This document shows, in pieces, positions 47,263-56,563 of a stretch of 64,000 nucleotides of DNA. The notes under the pieces are model-generated. The model worked only from the letters and a program-made list of their open reading frames with translations. It was not told where the DNA came from and ran no database searches. Position numbers and translations under genes: made by a program. The first letter of the stretch is position 1, and each line of letters begins with the position of its first letter. This DNA comes from Candidatus Parcubacteria bacterium (GTDB taxonomy: Bacteria > Patescibacteriota > Saccharimonadia > Saccharimonadales > 2-12-FULL-41-12). The stretch is taken from the NCBI GenBank assembly GCA_019347895.1, contig JAHWKM010000002.1:8565-72564 (forward strand), written 5' to 3'.

Positions 47263-48456
47263 ATGGATTCAAACGACAAAACAGATGAGAAGAAAAAAAG
47301 CGAAGCAGCCGCGAATTTGGTTCGAGGCAAGCTGAATAATTTGTATGATTGGGAACCAAATGCTAAAGAAGAAATCAAAGAAGTTAGTGAACTAAAGACA
47401 CATCACGCCAAGCTTTCAGTCCACCAGCAATTTCTCGACCGGCTTAGCAAGTCAGGCCACAGTATGGAAAAAATCCAAACCGCCTGGCATGATTATTATC
47501 AATCGCTTGATGACAAAGGAAAGCATGAAGTTTGGCAGGAGTTTTACGCCGAGCATGAAAAACGCCGCGAAAGTAAAAAAACCGAGCCCAAAGTCGAGCA
47601 ACCCCATCCGGCCCAACCCAAGCAGACTGTAACCTACGGCTATCAACCGCCTAAAACCAGAGTTTCCAACGTCAAAGAAGACCTGCTAAACAAGGTCAGC
47701 CAAAGAGCCAATAAAAGCCGCAAAAATTCTCACGCGCACTCGCTGGCTTTTGGACTGGGGATGGGCTCACTGGTAATTTTTATCCTGCTGTTTAGCTTTT
47801 TTAACGAGCGGTTTATCACGCCGTTTATCCGCCCCAGCCATAATGTCGGCGCTACCTCGATAATAGTTGACCCGACCAGTTCCGGCGACGTCAGCGCGGA
47901 ACCAAAAATCATCATTCCTAAGATCAATATTGAAGCACCGGTAGTTTACGATGAAGAATCCATAGACGAAAAGTCCATACAAAAAGCTCTGGAGCGCGGC
48001 GTCGTGCATTATCCGATTACGCCTGAGCCGGGAGAGAAGGGCAACGCGGTGATTGTCGGCCACTCCAGCAGCAATATATTAAACAGCGGAAAATACAAAT
48101 TTGCCTTTCTGCTGTTGAAAAGCCTGGAAGACGGCGATACTTTTATCGTCCACAAAGACAAAAAACGCTACGTGTACAAAGTTTTTGAGAAATACGTAAC
48201 CTCGCCGGACGACCTTTCGGTATTAGACCCACCGGAGGACGGCCGGCAAGCTATTGTCACATTAATAACCTGCGATCCGCCAGGTTCATCAGCTAACAGG
48301 CTGATAATCCAAGCCGAGCAGATTTTCCCTAGTCCGGAAAATAACGCCAAACCCAGCGCCAAACCCAGCGCCAAACCCGCCCAAGTATCCTCCGAACCGG
48401 CCAAACTACCCAGCAATTCCCCCAGCCTCTGGTCCCGCCTCACCAGCTGGTTGTAA
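47263..48456 (+). CDS. Sortase with long cytoplasmic N-terminal extension
   Basis: TM, IPKINIEAP, NAVIVGHSS, TLITCDPPG..NRL. Confidence 0.9.
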   Translation: MDSNDKTDEKKKSEAAANLVRGKLNNLYDWEPNAKEEIKEVSELKTHHAKLSVHQQFLDRLSKSGHSMEKIQTAWHDYYQSLDDKGKHEVWQEFYAEHEKRRESKKTEPKVEQPHPAQPKQTVTYGYQPPKTRVSNVKEDLLNKVSQRANKSRKNSHAHSLAFGLGMGSLVIFILLFSFFNERFITPFIRPSHNVGATSIIVDPTSSGDVSAEPKIIIPKINIEAPVVYDEESIDEKSIQKALERGVVHYPITPEPGEKGNAVIVGHSSSNILNSGKYKFAFLLLKSLEDGDTFIVHKDKKRYVYKVFEKYVTSPDDLSVLDPPEDGRQAIVTLITCDPPGSSANRLIIQAEQIFPSPENNAKPSAKPSAKPAQVSSEPAKLPSNSPSLWSRLTSWL

Positions 48457-48457
48457 T

Positions 48458-48520
48458 GAGAGGGGATGACTTCCCCTCTCATCGTTCGCTCCGCTCACTG
48501 CTCACCCCACAAAGCGGAAT
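48458..48520. repeat. REP-like hairpin element
   Basis: gagagggg-atgactt-cccctctc followed by gttcgctccgctcac; gttcgctcc is shared with module B. Confidence 0.5.
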
Positions 48521-48758
48521 CAAGAAACCCGAAATAAATTCGTCTTTCTTTCAGCTTAATATTCTGAAGTCAAAGTAATCTTTTGTAGGAAAAAACTTTA
48601 AGCAATGATATATTATTAGTTACCTTCGCTACGGCGGAGTACTCAACAATAATTTAACTCATATCTCAGTACGCTGGGACAAAGGAGGCAACATGGAATT
48701 AGATTTTTAAATTCGCAATTTGCGAATTTTTTTATTTATTAATACAAGGAGAATAATA

Positions 48759-50219
48759 ATGAGTGTTATTGAAACAACTCCCAACGTAAGAGCCATGGAA
48801 AGCCTTAAGCATGTTGGGTACTCAAATGAAGCAGCGATAGCAGATTTAGTAGACAATTCAATGGATGCGGGTGCCGACCGAGTACATATACAAATTGGCG
48901 CCGATAAAATAGCCATTGTCGATAATGGTAGCGGGATGGACCGGTTTACCCTAGAAGAAGCGATAAAGCTAGGATCAAATACCCAACGAAGTTCTGGTGA
49001 CCTTGGTAAATTTGGAATGGGCTTAGTGACAGCATCTCTTTCCCTCGGCCGGAAATTAACGGTACATACAGAAGATGAAGGTTCGCTAAAGGCATACACG
49101 GTTAAGCAAGACCTTAACTTGATGATTGACAAGAATAAATATTACGCAGATTTAGACGAGAGCGTAAAGATAGGAAAAAGTGGCACTTCAGTCGTAATTC
49201 AGAATCTTGATAATCTAAAGTATAAGCACGAAACGCTGGTGAATAGAGTCAGGGAAGAACTTTCCAGAATCTTTCGACACTATATAAAGGCCGGCAAAAT
49301 TATTAGCGTTAATGGCGAGAAACTGACTGCTTTAGACCCTTTAATGCTCGATGAGGAGGGAGCCGAGCTTTATTCGGATGATACTTATGATGTTAACGGA
49401 AAGATTATTAGAATCCGGGTGGCATTTCTCCCAAAGTTTTCAAAAGAAGAGCAGAAACGCCGAAATGTAAATAGCAGAACACAAGGGTTCTATTTAGTTA
49501 GAAACTCGCGTGAAATTGTGACAGCCAGTACTTTAGGTATGTTTACCCGCGACTGGTGGAATACTCGGATACGAATAGAGGTAATGTTCTCCGATGATCT
49601 CGATGCTGAATTCGGCATTGATTTTACAAAAAGTAAGTTAACACTTAAAAACTCTGTTCGTAATTTAATACACGAGGCAACTCGTAAGCAAATTTCCCAC
49701 TTAATAAACCGTACAAAAAGTACAGCTAAACTTGATGACAAAGAGGCCATAGTAAAGCACAGCGAGAGCGAGCAAACAATTAGACAAAAAAATAAGCTGC
49801 TTATTCTTCCCAAAGGGAATAAGGAAATGAGAGAAACTGCCGGTGGCGCAGCTCGTAAAAAAACGAAGGCTGAAGGTAAAAGCAAAGATAGGCTCAACGT
49901 TTCAAAAACACACGAAGGTAACAAGGATCATCCAGCACGTGGTATCGAAATTCTTGAAGGTCACCATTCACAGTTTGGGCCTATATTTTACTGCTATATG
50001 GTCGGTCAAAAGACCATCGTAGAATGGAACTATGATCATCCATTCTATGAGCGCATGCTGCTAAGATTTAGAGAAGAGAAGGATGTTATTACAGCCCTAG
50101 ACTACCTTGCATATTCTTTTGGTGTTGCAGAAATGACAGTACAGACCGAGGAGTCTCAGGACGTGTTCGGAAATTATCATAGTGTAGCTTCCAGTAACCT
50201 TAGAACACTCTTATCTTAA
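48759..50219 (+). CDS. GHKL/MORC-like ATPase (HATPase_c_3); probable defence-associated
   Basis: GYSNEAAIADLVDNSMDA, DNGSGM, LGKFGMGLVTAS, GTSV, S5-like domain, C-terminal NYDHPFY. Confidence 0.88.
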   Translation: MSVIETTPNVRAMESLKHVGYSNEAAIADLVDNSMDAGADRVHIQIGADKIAIVDNGSGMDRFTLEEAIKLGSNTQRSSGDLGKFGMGLVTASLSLGRKLTVHTEDEGSLKAYTVKQDLNLMIDKNKYYADLDESVKIGKSGTSVVIQNLDNLKYKHETLVNRVREELSRIFRHYIKAGKIISVNGEKLTALDPLMLDEEGAELYSDDTYDVNGKIIRIRVAFLPKFSKEEQKRRNVNSRTQGFYLVRNSREIVTASTLGMFTRDWWNTRIRIEVMFSDDLDAEFGIDFTKSKLTLKNSVRNLIHEATRKQISHLINRTKSTAKLDDKEAIVKHSESEQTIRQKNKLLILPKGNKEMRETAGGAARKKTKAEGKSKDRLNVSKTHEGNKDHPARGIEILEGHHSQFGPIFYCYMVGQKTIVEWNYDHPFYERMLLRFREEKDVITALDYLAYSFGVAEMTVQTEESQDVFGNYHSVASSNLRTLLS

Positions 50220-50224
50220 GTCTA

Positions 50225-50475
50225 TTAATTTTTGGGGGGTTGGGCATAGAGAGCCGTCCTGATTGACGAGTGTCAAAACAACAATTTTAAGGCTTGGGAG
50301 CTAGCCGAACGAAATCTTTAGAAATTGATAAAGAGAGAGGCCGACTGAAAGGAGTCGCCCAAGCCATTGTTGTTTTTGACAAAGAGACAGTCACGACGGA
50401 TCGACGCCCAATCGGTTTTGGATACTTTTGCCGAGGCAAAAGTATTGATTTGCTTCTTTATCTAAAAGAAGTAGT
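50225..50475 (-). repeat. Structured repeat module A
   Basis: Close reverse complement of 53175-53395 and direct match to 26085-26320. Confidence 0.9.
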
Positions 50476-50477
50476 CT

Positions 50478-51971
50478 CTACTTATCTTCTTCAAACCTTA
50501 AATTAGTCATAAAAAAGCCGGACTTTTTCTTGTCTTTGGTTGAAGCGGAAATGCTGTAAAGTTCGGTGTAGTCGCGGTCGAACATCACCGGCATATTTAC
50601 ATTGGCTGGGATTAGTTTTTGGAAATTAATACCGTTAAAATCAAATACCAGTATCTTGCCGGCACTGCGGGTAAGAAGGCGATGGCCGTCCATCCAGGTA
50701 AGCTCCGCGCCTTTGTCAAGCGGCTGCTTAACTTTGTAGCCGTAGCGTTTTCCCGTTTCTGCATCGTATACGCTGAGGTATTGGCCGCTTTGCGACATGA
50801 TAAAACGCGAGTTTTGCGAAAAGGCAACTTGGCTGATGGCGCCGGTACTCTTGAGCGTCAGCAAAAGGGCATGGTCCAGATTGCTTTTCTCCTTGATGAA
50901 TTCAAGTGGATTTTTATATATGTAAGTTCGTTTTTCGCTCACCACGCCTATAACCGCGTACCAGTTGTCATCAAAACGGGCAAAATCCAACGGAATCTTT
51001 TTATTAACCGGGATCTGGCGCAACAGATGATTTTGTTCATTTTCACGCAAGATTATATCGGCTTGCTTTTTATCCCCCTTAGAAGTTATGGCCATCAGAA
51101 TTTTGTCATCGCCATGAGCTTTGTAGCTAAGTACGTTTGAACCTACCGGCGTGACTTTTTTGCTGGAAACATCAATCCGACGCAAAGTTTTTTTTGCTGT
51201 TTCGTAAATATATAGTTGTTCGACCTTTTTATCATACAAATTCACTAAAGAGGGCTTGATGTTGAGAGTCCGGTTGATATTAAATGATTTTGACGGTTCG
51301 TCGATGTTAATGATCGCGAAATCCTGCCCGCCCTTGAAGCGGTGCAGGACCAGCAAATTCTTATTGTCCGTCGACCATTCTACTAGACTAAGTGTGTGGC
51401 TGCCCTCAGCCGGCGTTAAAAGATTGGCCGGCAGATTGACAGTTTGGGCCGCGGGCTTTTTGTCCCGCCTTTTGGCAAGATCATAGACAGTTAATTTATT
51501 CAGCTGGTTTTTTTCTTGCAAGACAATCCAGCGCCGATCAGGGCTTTGGCTGGCAAAACCAAATGGCTTGGCAGGAGCCAGCAGCTCTTTTGGTGTTAGC
51601 TCATTAAGATACAGGGCAGGGTAGCTAAAGCGTTCGACCTTGCCGCCCTCCAGCTCAAATGTCCGCTGCCAGCTGCGATAGCCCTCTTTAGAAATTTCTA
51701 CCGTATAAATTCCGCCGGGTAACGACAAGCGTGTGTTTGTCGGTTTGTTGTGCGTCAAGCCGTTTAGTTTTATGGTAGCGCCATCCGGCGCGCTGTCCAG
51801 ATACAAGAGGCCATTTTGAATTACCTCGCCGGTCTTGCGGTTATAGTCAAACCCGTAAGCTTGCAATACAAGAATGAAGCTTCCAAAAGCCACTAAAATG
51901 ACCATCAGCGCGTGCCCGATCATTAGGCGTACTTTGCGGTTTCGTTTCTTTTTGGGGTCTAGAAAATCCAT
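50478..51971 (-). CDS. PEGA-domain membrane protein with beta-propeller-like C-terminus
   Basis: GLLYLDSAPDGATIKLNG...LPGGIYTVEISKEGYRSW. Confidence 0.85.
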   Translation of the reverse strand: MDFLDPKKKRNRKVRLMIGHALMVILVAFGSFILVLQAYGFDYNRKTGEVIQNGLLYLDSAPDGATIKLNGLTHNKPTNTRLSLPGGIYTVEISKEGYRSWQRTFELEGGKVERFSYPALYLNELTPKELLAPAKPFGFASQSPDRRWIVLQEKNQLNKLTVYDLAKRRDKKPAAQTVNLPANLLTPAEGSHTLSLVEWSTDNKNLLVLHRFKGGQDFAIINIDEPSKSFNINRTLNIKPSLVNLYDKKVEQLYIYETAKKTLRRIDVSSKKVTPVGSNVLSYKAHGDDKILMAITSKGDKKQADIILRENEQNHLLRQIPVNKKIPLDFARFDDNWYAVIGVVSEKRTYIYKNPLEFIKEKSNLDHALLLTLKSTGAISQVAFSQNSRFIMSQSGQYLSVYDAETGKRYGYKVKQPLDKGAELTWMDGHRLLTRSAGKILVFDFNGINFQKLIPANVNMPVMFDRDYTELYSISASTKDKKKSGFFMTNLRFEEDK

Positions 51972-52095
51972 AGGCAGTTACACCTTTATTATAGTGGAAA
52001 AATTATTGTCTGGTAAGACAGATATTGTTCTGCGGGAACTATATTGTATAATTGACTTTGTAATATATTTAAGATACAAAAATGGAACTAAAGTT

Positions 52096-53154
52096 TTGAG
52101 CGAGCCCAAGAACTACATCGAAATCAATGGTCGCAAGTACGATTCGCGTACTGGCCAGATGATAGGCAGCCACATTCCGCCAGGGACTACTGATAGCAGA
52201 CCGGTGGCTAGCAGATCGATAAACATGGACGGGGTTATTCGCAAGCCTCAGGCTAAAACAAATAATTCGGTTTTTTCGCCGCGTATTAAGCCTGCCAAAC
52301 CTGCCAATGTGGCACGCTCCGTTAAGCCTGCCAAGACTAAGTCTGTGCAAAAATCCACTACGTTAATGCGGCCAGCCGTAAAAAAACCCGAGCATAAGCC
52401 CGCCGTAAAAACACAGGAACACAACCCCCCTGTTATCAAGCATGCACCGGAAGGACGGCTTAAAAGAGCCGGCCAAGTTAAGAAAAGCCCGCACATCAGG
52501 CGGTTTAACGCTTCCCAGCACCGGCCTGAGGTGGTAAAACGACAGGCTCCCATGCATGTAGTCCATCAAAAGCCTGCCGCCCCGCGGGAAGAAAATGTCA
52601 TCCAAAAATCTATTAATGAGTCCATCGACCAGTTTGATCAGGTAATACATGATGCTACATCGCACTTAGAAACATACGTAGAAAAGCACAAGCCGAAAAA
52701 ACCGCGCAAACTGGTGTTTACGGCCGCTAGCTTGTCAGTAATTTTACTTTGCGGCTTGCTGATCTATCAGGCCGTACCAGCCGTAAATGTTAAGCTAGCC
52801 GGCAACAAAGCCGGTTTCTCAGCCGGTTTGCCCGCTTACAGCCCGGCAGGCTATGGCCTTAGTGATAACGTTCAGGCTAGCTCCGGTGAAGTCACGCTAG
52901 CTTACAGCTCGCGCACCGACAGTAAAGGCTACAAAGTGCATCAGCAGCCCAGCAACTGGAACAGCCAGTCCCTAGTGAATAATTTCCTTCTAGCCGAAAA
53001 CAAACCCTACCAGACTTACGAAAACAACGGCAAGACAATCTATATTTATGAAGAAACCAATGCTACCTGGGTAGACGGCGGAATTTGGTACAGAATTGAA
53101 GGCGACGCCAGTCTTACCTCCGACCAACTTTTGCGAATCGCCAACGGCTTGTAA
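52096..53154 (+). CDS. DUF4367-type membrane protein
   Basis: IEINGRKYD N-term, basic low-complexity region, TM, LPAYSPAGY...ATWVDGGIWYRIEG..L..DQL.RIA; TTG start inferred. Confidence 0.75.
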   Translation: MSEPKNYIEINGRKYDSRTGQMIGSHIPPGTTDSRPVASRSINMDGVIRKPQAKTNNSVFSPRIKPAKPANVARSVKPAKTKSVQKSTTLMRPAVKKPEHKPAVKTQEHNPPVIKHAPEGRLKRAGQVKKSPHIRRFNASQHRPEVVKRQAPMHVVHQKPAAPREENVIQKSINESIDQFDQVIHDATSHLETYVEKHKPKKPRKLVFTAASLSVILLCGLLIYQAVPAVNVKLAGNKAGFSAGLPAYSPAGYGLSDNVQASSGEVTLAYSSRTDSKGYKVHQQPSNWNSQSLVNNFLLAENKPYQTYENNGKTIYIYEETNATWVDGGIWYRIEGDASLTSDQLLRIANGL

Positions 53155-53712
53155 GTTCTTCCAATGAAGAACCAAATTGCTACTTTTGCGCCGGCAAAAG
53201 TAGCCAAAAGCTCTTGGGCGTCGATCCGTCGTGACTGCCTCATTGTCAAAAGCAACAATGGCTTGGGCGACTCCTTTCAGTCGGCCCAGTCTTTCTATAA
53301 ATTTCATAAGCAAAGACTGGGCTAGCTCCCAAGCCTTAAAATTGTTGTTTTGACACTCGAGGTCAGGACGGCTCTCTATGCCCAAACCCAAAAATTTGAA
53401 TTATCATTATTTTATTACCTGAGAAAAACAAGTTTTTCTCATCTGCTTTTGGTCAGCATTGATAAAACCGATTGGTTTGAATCAGGCTGCTTGGAGTCAC
53501 TTAGGCCAAACCAAGTCCTGTTCGCTCCTTGAGTGAAATAGAACAGGACCGACTGGAAGGAGTCTTTGGCCTAACCAAGTAGTCTGGTATCTCAAGCCAG
53601 TAGTGTTTTATCACCGCTGCGGCATTTTTTGCCTACTTTTTGTTGCTGCAGAGAAAAAGTAGGAATTCGGTTCCTTATTGAAGGAACAAGTTTGGTTCTT
53701 TTATAAAGAACC
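53155..53712 (+). repeat. Structured A+B repeat, empty form
   Basis: A 53155-53395, B 53419-53712; GTTCTT-N-AAGAAC hairpins at both outer ends. Confidence 0.88.
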
Positions 53713-53727
53713 TCTAAAATTAATCTG

Positions 53728-55140
53728 ATGAGCAACAAAGTTAGTACACGGTTTGCGCCTAGCCCGACTGGGTTTTTGCATGTCGGGGGGATGCGGACGG
53801 CTTTGTTTGCCTGGCTGGTAGCCCGGCAGGCTGGCGGACAGTTTATTCTGCGCATCGAAGATACTGATCAAAAGAGGGAAGCAGTAGGCGCGGCGCAGCA
53901 CATCATTGATTGCCTGAATTGGCTGGGGCTGGATTTTGATGAAGGACCGATTTACCAAAGCCAGCGGGTCAAGGAGGGTATATATAAAAAATGTGCGCAA
54001 AAACTTATAGATTCAGGCAGGGCATACGCTGATCCGTATACACAGCAAGAAGTCATAGAATTCCGCGCGCAAGCCAAGGCCAACAAACAGCCTTTTTTGT
54101 ACCGGAACCACCGGCCGGATAATCCTCCCGAATGGAACGGTTCCCAGCCTTTAAGGTTTAAATCCGAGTCTAAAGAATATTCAACGGAGGATTTGGTGAT
54201 GGGAAAATTAGCTACAGGCCCGGAAGTAATCGACGACTTTATTTTGATAAAATCAGACGGGTTTCCTACTTATAACTTCGCCCATATAGTCGATGATCTG
54301 GAAATGGCAATAAGCCATGTTATCCGCGGGCAGGAATTTATATCAAGTTTGCCGAATTACCGTAATCTGCATGAAGCCTTAGGAGAAGAGCCGCCCGTGT
54401 TTGCGACAGTACCTCATGTCTTAAATGAGCAGGGTAACAAAAAATTGTCAAAGCGGGACGGCGCCAAGGACATTTTAGACTATCAAAAAGAAGGCTACCT
54501 GCCGGAAGCCATGGTCAATTTTTTAGCTACGCTGGGCTGGAATGACGGAACCGAACAAGAAATTTTTAGCGTAAGCGAACTTATCAAAAAATTTGATTTA
54601 AAAAAAGTTCAAAAGAGCGGGGCGCACTTTGACGAGCATCGGCTAAAATGGATTAACGGCAGCCATATTCGGAATTTGGATATAGAAAAGCTTTATGAAA
54701 AGGTCGAGGGTTATTGGCCAGAACCTGCCAAAAATTATGACCGAGAGTATAAGAAAAGGGTACTGGTATTGGTTCAGGAAAGGTTGAAATATTTTTCCGA
54801 GCTACCGGAGCTGACAAAGTTTCTCTTCGAAGATTTACCGGTAAATCCAGTATTGATTTCCAGCCACAAACAGCTCAAGAAATTCTCTAAAGGGGAGCTA
54901 AAAGCCATGCTTGAACAAGCTAAAAATTCATTGGAGCAAAGTGATTTTACGATTGATGACTTAACTAGCAGGTTGAATGACCTGCTCGAGAAAACCGGCC
55001 AAAAGCCTGCCGTTTTATTTAGTTTAATCCGCATTGCCACTACCCAGTCACCGGCCAGCCCCGCTCTGGCTGAATCCATGTCGGTTTTAGGCAAAGACCT
55101 AAGCTTAAAAAGAATAAACCGGCAGATAAAAGCATTGTAA
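53728..55140 (+). CDS. gltX: Glutamate--tRNA ligase
   Basis: RFAPSPTGFLHVGG, LRIEDTD, KSDGFPTY, KLSKRDG. Confidence 0.97.
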   Translation: MSNKVSTRFAPSPTGFLHVGGMRTALFAWLVARQAGGQFILRIEDTDQKREAVGAAQHIIDCLNWLGLDFDEGPIYQSQRVKEGIYKKCAQKLIDSGRAYADPYTQQEVIEFRAQAKANKQPFLYRNHRPDNPPEWNGSQPLRFKSESKEYSTEDLVMGKLATGPEVIDDFILIKSDGFPTYNFAHIVDDLEMAISHVIRGQEFISSLPNYRNLHEALGEEPPVFATVPHVLNEQGNKKLSKRDGAKDILDYQKEGYLPEAMVNFLATLGWNDGTEQEIFSVSELIKKFDLKKVQKSGAHFDEHRLKWINGSHIRNLDIEKLYEKVEGYWPEPAKNYDREYKKRVLVLVQERLKYFSELPELTKFLFEDLPVNPVLISSHKQLKKFSKGELKAMLEQAKNSLEQSDFTIDDLTSRLNDLLEKTGQKPAVLFSLIRIATTQSPASPALAESMSVLGKDLSLKRINRQIKAL

Positions 55141-55185
55141 ACTTATGATTGTTAACTCAAAGTGTTTTAGGTTATAATTTTAACG

Positions 55186-56475
55186 ATGATAGATGACATA
55201 CGTCCCAGATCTGAAGGGGATAAATATAAAGATAACCCTAACCAAAAAACAACGGAGAATTCATCCGGCCCGTATAAGGAACCTTACCAGCGGCCAGTTG
55301 AAACTCCGCCTGCCAGTGAAGTTAATTCGCTGCCAGAAAATAGCCAGGGGTTTATTGGTGTACCCTCCATTCCGCCGAATAATGAACAAAATACCGCCAG
55401 CAAGCGCAAGTTCATGAGCCGCGGTTTGAAGTTGTGGCCCAGCAGCAAGCAACACAAGATGCTAGGCAGCGTCATCGGGGTATTTATCATAATATTTGGC
55501 AGCGGTGGCCTGTACGCGCTTAATAAGTATCTCTCCAGGCCTGCGGCTGATCCGGTAGCTGCGGGGTTTCAAAAAAGACCGCCAAAAACTACCGAACCGT
55601 CAAAACTAACGGGAGTTGAAGTACCCATAGGCACAAATAAGCGTCCAATCGTATCAATTCAAATGGAAAACAGTCCGGATGCCCGGCCGCAAGCCGGCCT
55701 GATAGATGCCGGCGTAGTTTACGAGGCGATTGCCGAAGGCGGCATAACCCGGTTTAATGCGAACTACCTCGAAGGAAGACCAGGCTATATTGGACCGATT
55801 AGGTCCGTCAGGCCATACTACGCGGCCCTAGCGGCTCCGTTTGACCCGATTTTTGTCCATGCCGGCGGCAGCGGTGCAGGTTTGGATAAAATAAGACATT
55901 TAAAATTAATGGATTTTGACCACAGCCCCAATGCCGGCGCGTTCCAAAGAGTCCGCGACCGCTACGCTCCTCACAACCTCTACAGTTCCATGAAAGCTAT
56001 AACTGACCGAAGCAAGCAAAGAGGCTACAAAACCAGCAACACCAAAAGTTTTGTCCGTAAGAAAAAAGAAACACCCGCCAAGAACATAAAAGCCAAGTCA
56101 ATCGATATTAATATTTCCAGCCCGCTGTATAACGTGCATTATGATTACAATAAAAAGTCAAACAGCTATAACCGCGTAATGGGCGGCAAACCGCACAATG
56201 ACCATAAAAGCGGCAAGCGCATCTCACCTAAAGTAGTCATAGCTTTATCAATGAAGTATTCAAAGCAGGGAATTTATTCAGTTTATAAATACACAGGCAG
56301 CGGAGAAATGTTCGTATTCCAAGACGGGACTGTCACCAAAGGCACCTGGAAGAAGAAAAGCGACAAAGAACAATTTGTATTCATCGGCCCTGATAAAAAA
56401 CCGTTGGAGCTAACACCCGGCCAAACCTGGATAACGTTAGTTGATAGGCCGGGCGCCGTGAAGTACGCGCCCTAG
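55186..56475 (+). CDS. DUF3048 domain protein
   Basis: ENSPDARPQAGL, EAIAEGGITRF, GPIRSVR, APHNLY, PGQTWI. Confidence 0.9.
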   Translation: MIDDIRPRSEGDKYKDNPNQKTTENSSGPYKEPYQRPVETPPASEVNSLPENSQGFIGVPSIPPNNEQNTASKRKFMSRGLKLWPSSKQHKMLGSVIGVFIIIFGSGGLYALNKYLSRPAADPVAAGFQKRPPKTTEPSKLTGVEVPIGTNKRPIVSIQMENSPDARPQAGLIDAGVVYEAIAEGGITRFNANYLEGRPGYIGPIRSVRPYYAALAAPFDPIFVHAGGSGAGLDKIRHLKLMDFDHSPNAGAFQRVRDRYAPHNLYSSMKAITDRSKQRGYKTSNTKSFVRKKKETPAKNIKAKSIDINISSPLYNVHYDYNKKSNSYNRVMGGKPHNDHKSGKRISPKVVIALSMKYSKQGIYSVYKYTGSGEMFVFQDGTVTKGTWKKKSDKEQFVFIGPDKKPLELTPGQTWITLVDRPGAVKYAP

Positions 56476-56563
56476 GCAATGAAAGGCAAGAGGGTGGGTA
56501 CCGTTAGAACTTTTCAAAAATCAAGCACAAAAATTAACCTTGCAGATAAGGAATCCTGACGAA

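Noticed and set aside
48349..48380. Tandem aaacccagcgcc repeat
   Set aside because: Ordinary two-unit low-complexity coding repeat (KPSA) in the sortase tail.
50294..50506. Similar ORFs in module A (also 26201-26437 and 52990-53391)
   Set aside because: Similarity reflects the DNA repeat; starts and stops differ and the ORFs overlap real genes.
51874..52095. N-terminal extension of the DUF4367 ORF
   Set aside because: Overlaps the divergent PEGA gene and an AT-rich promoter region; TTG 52096 is more plausible.
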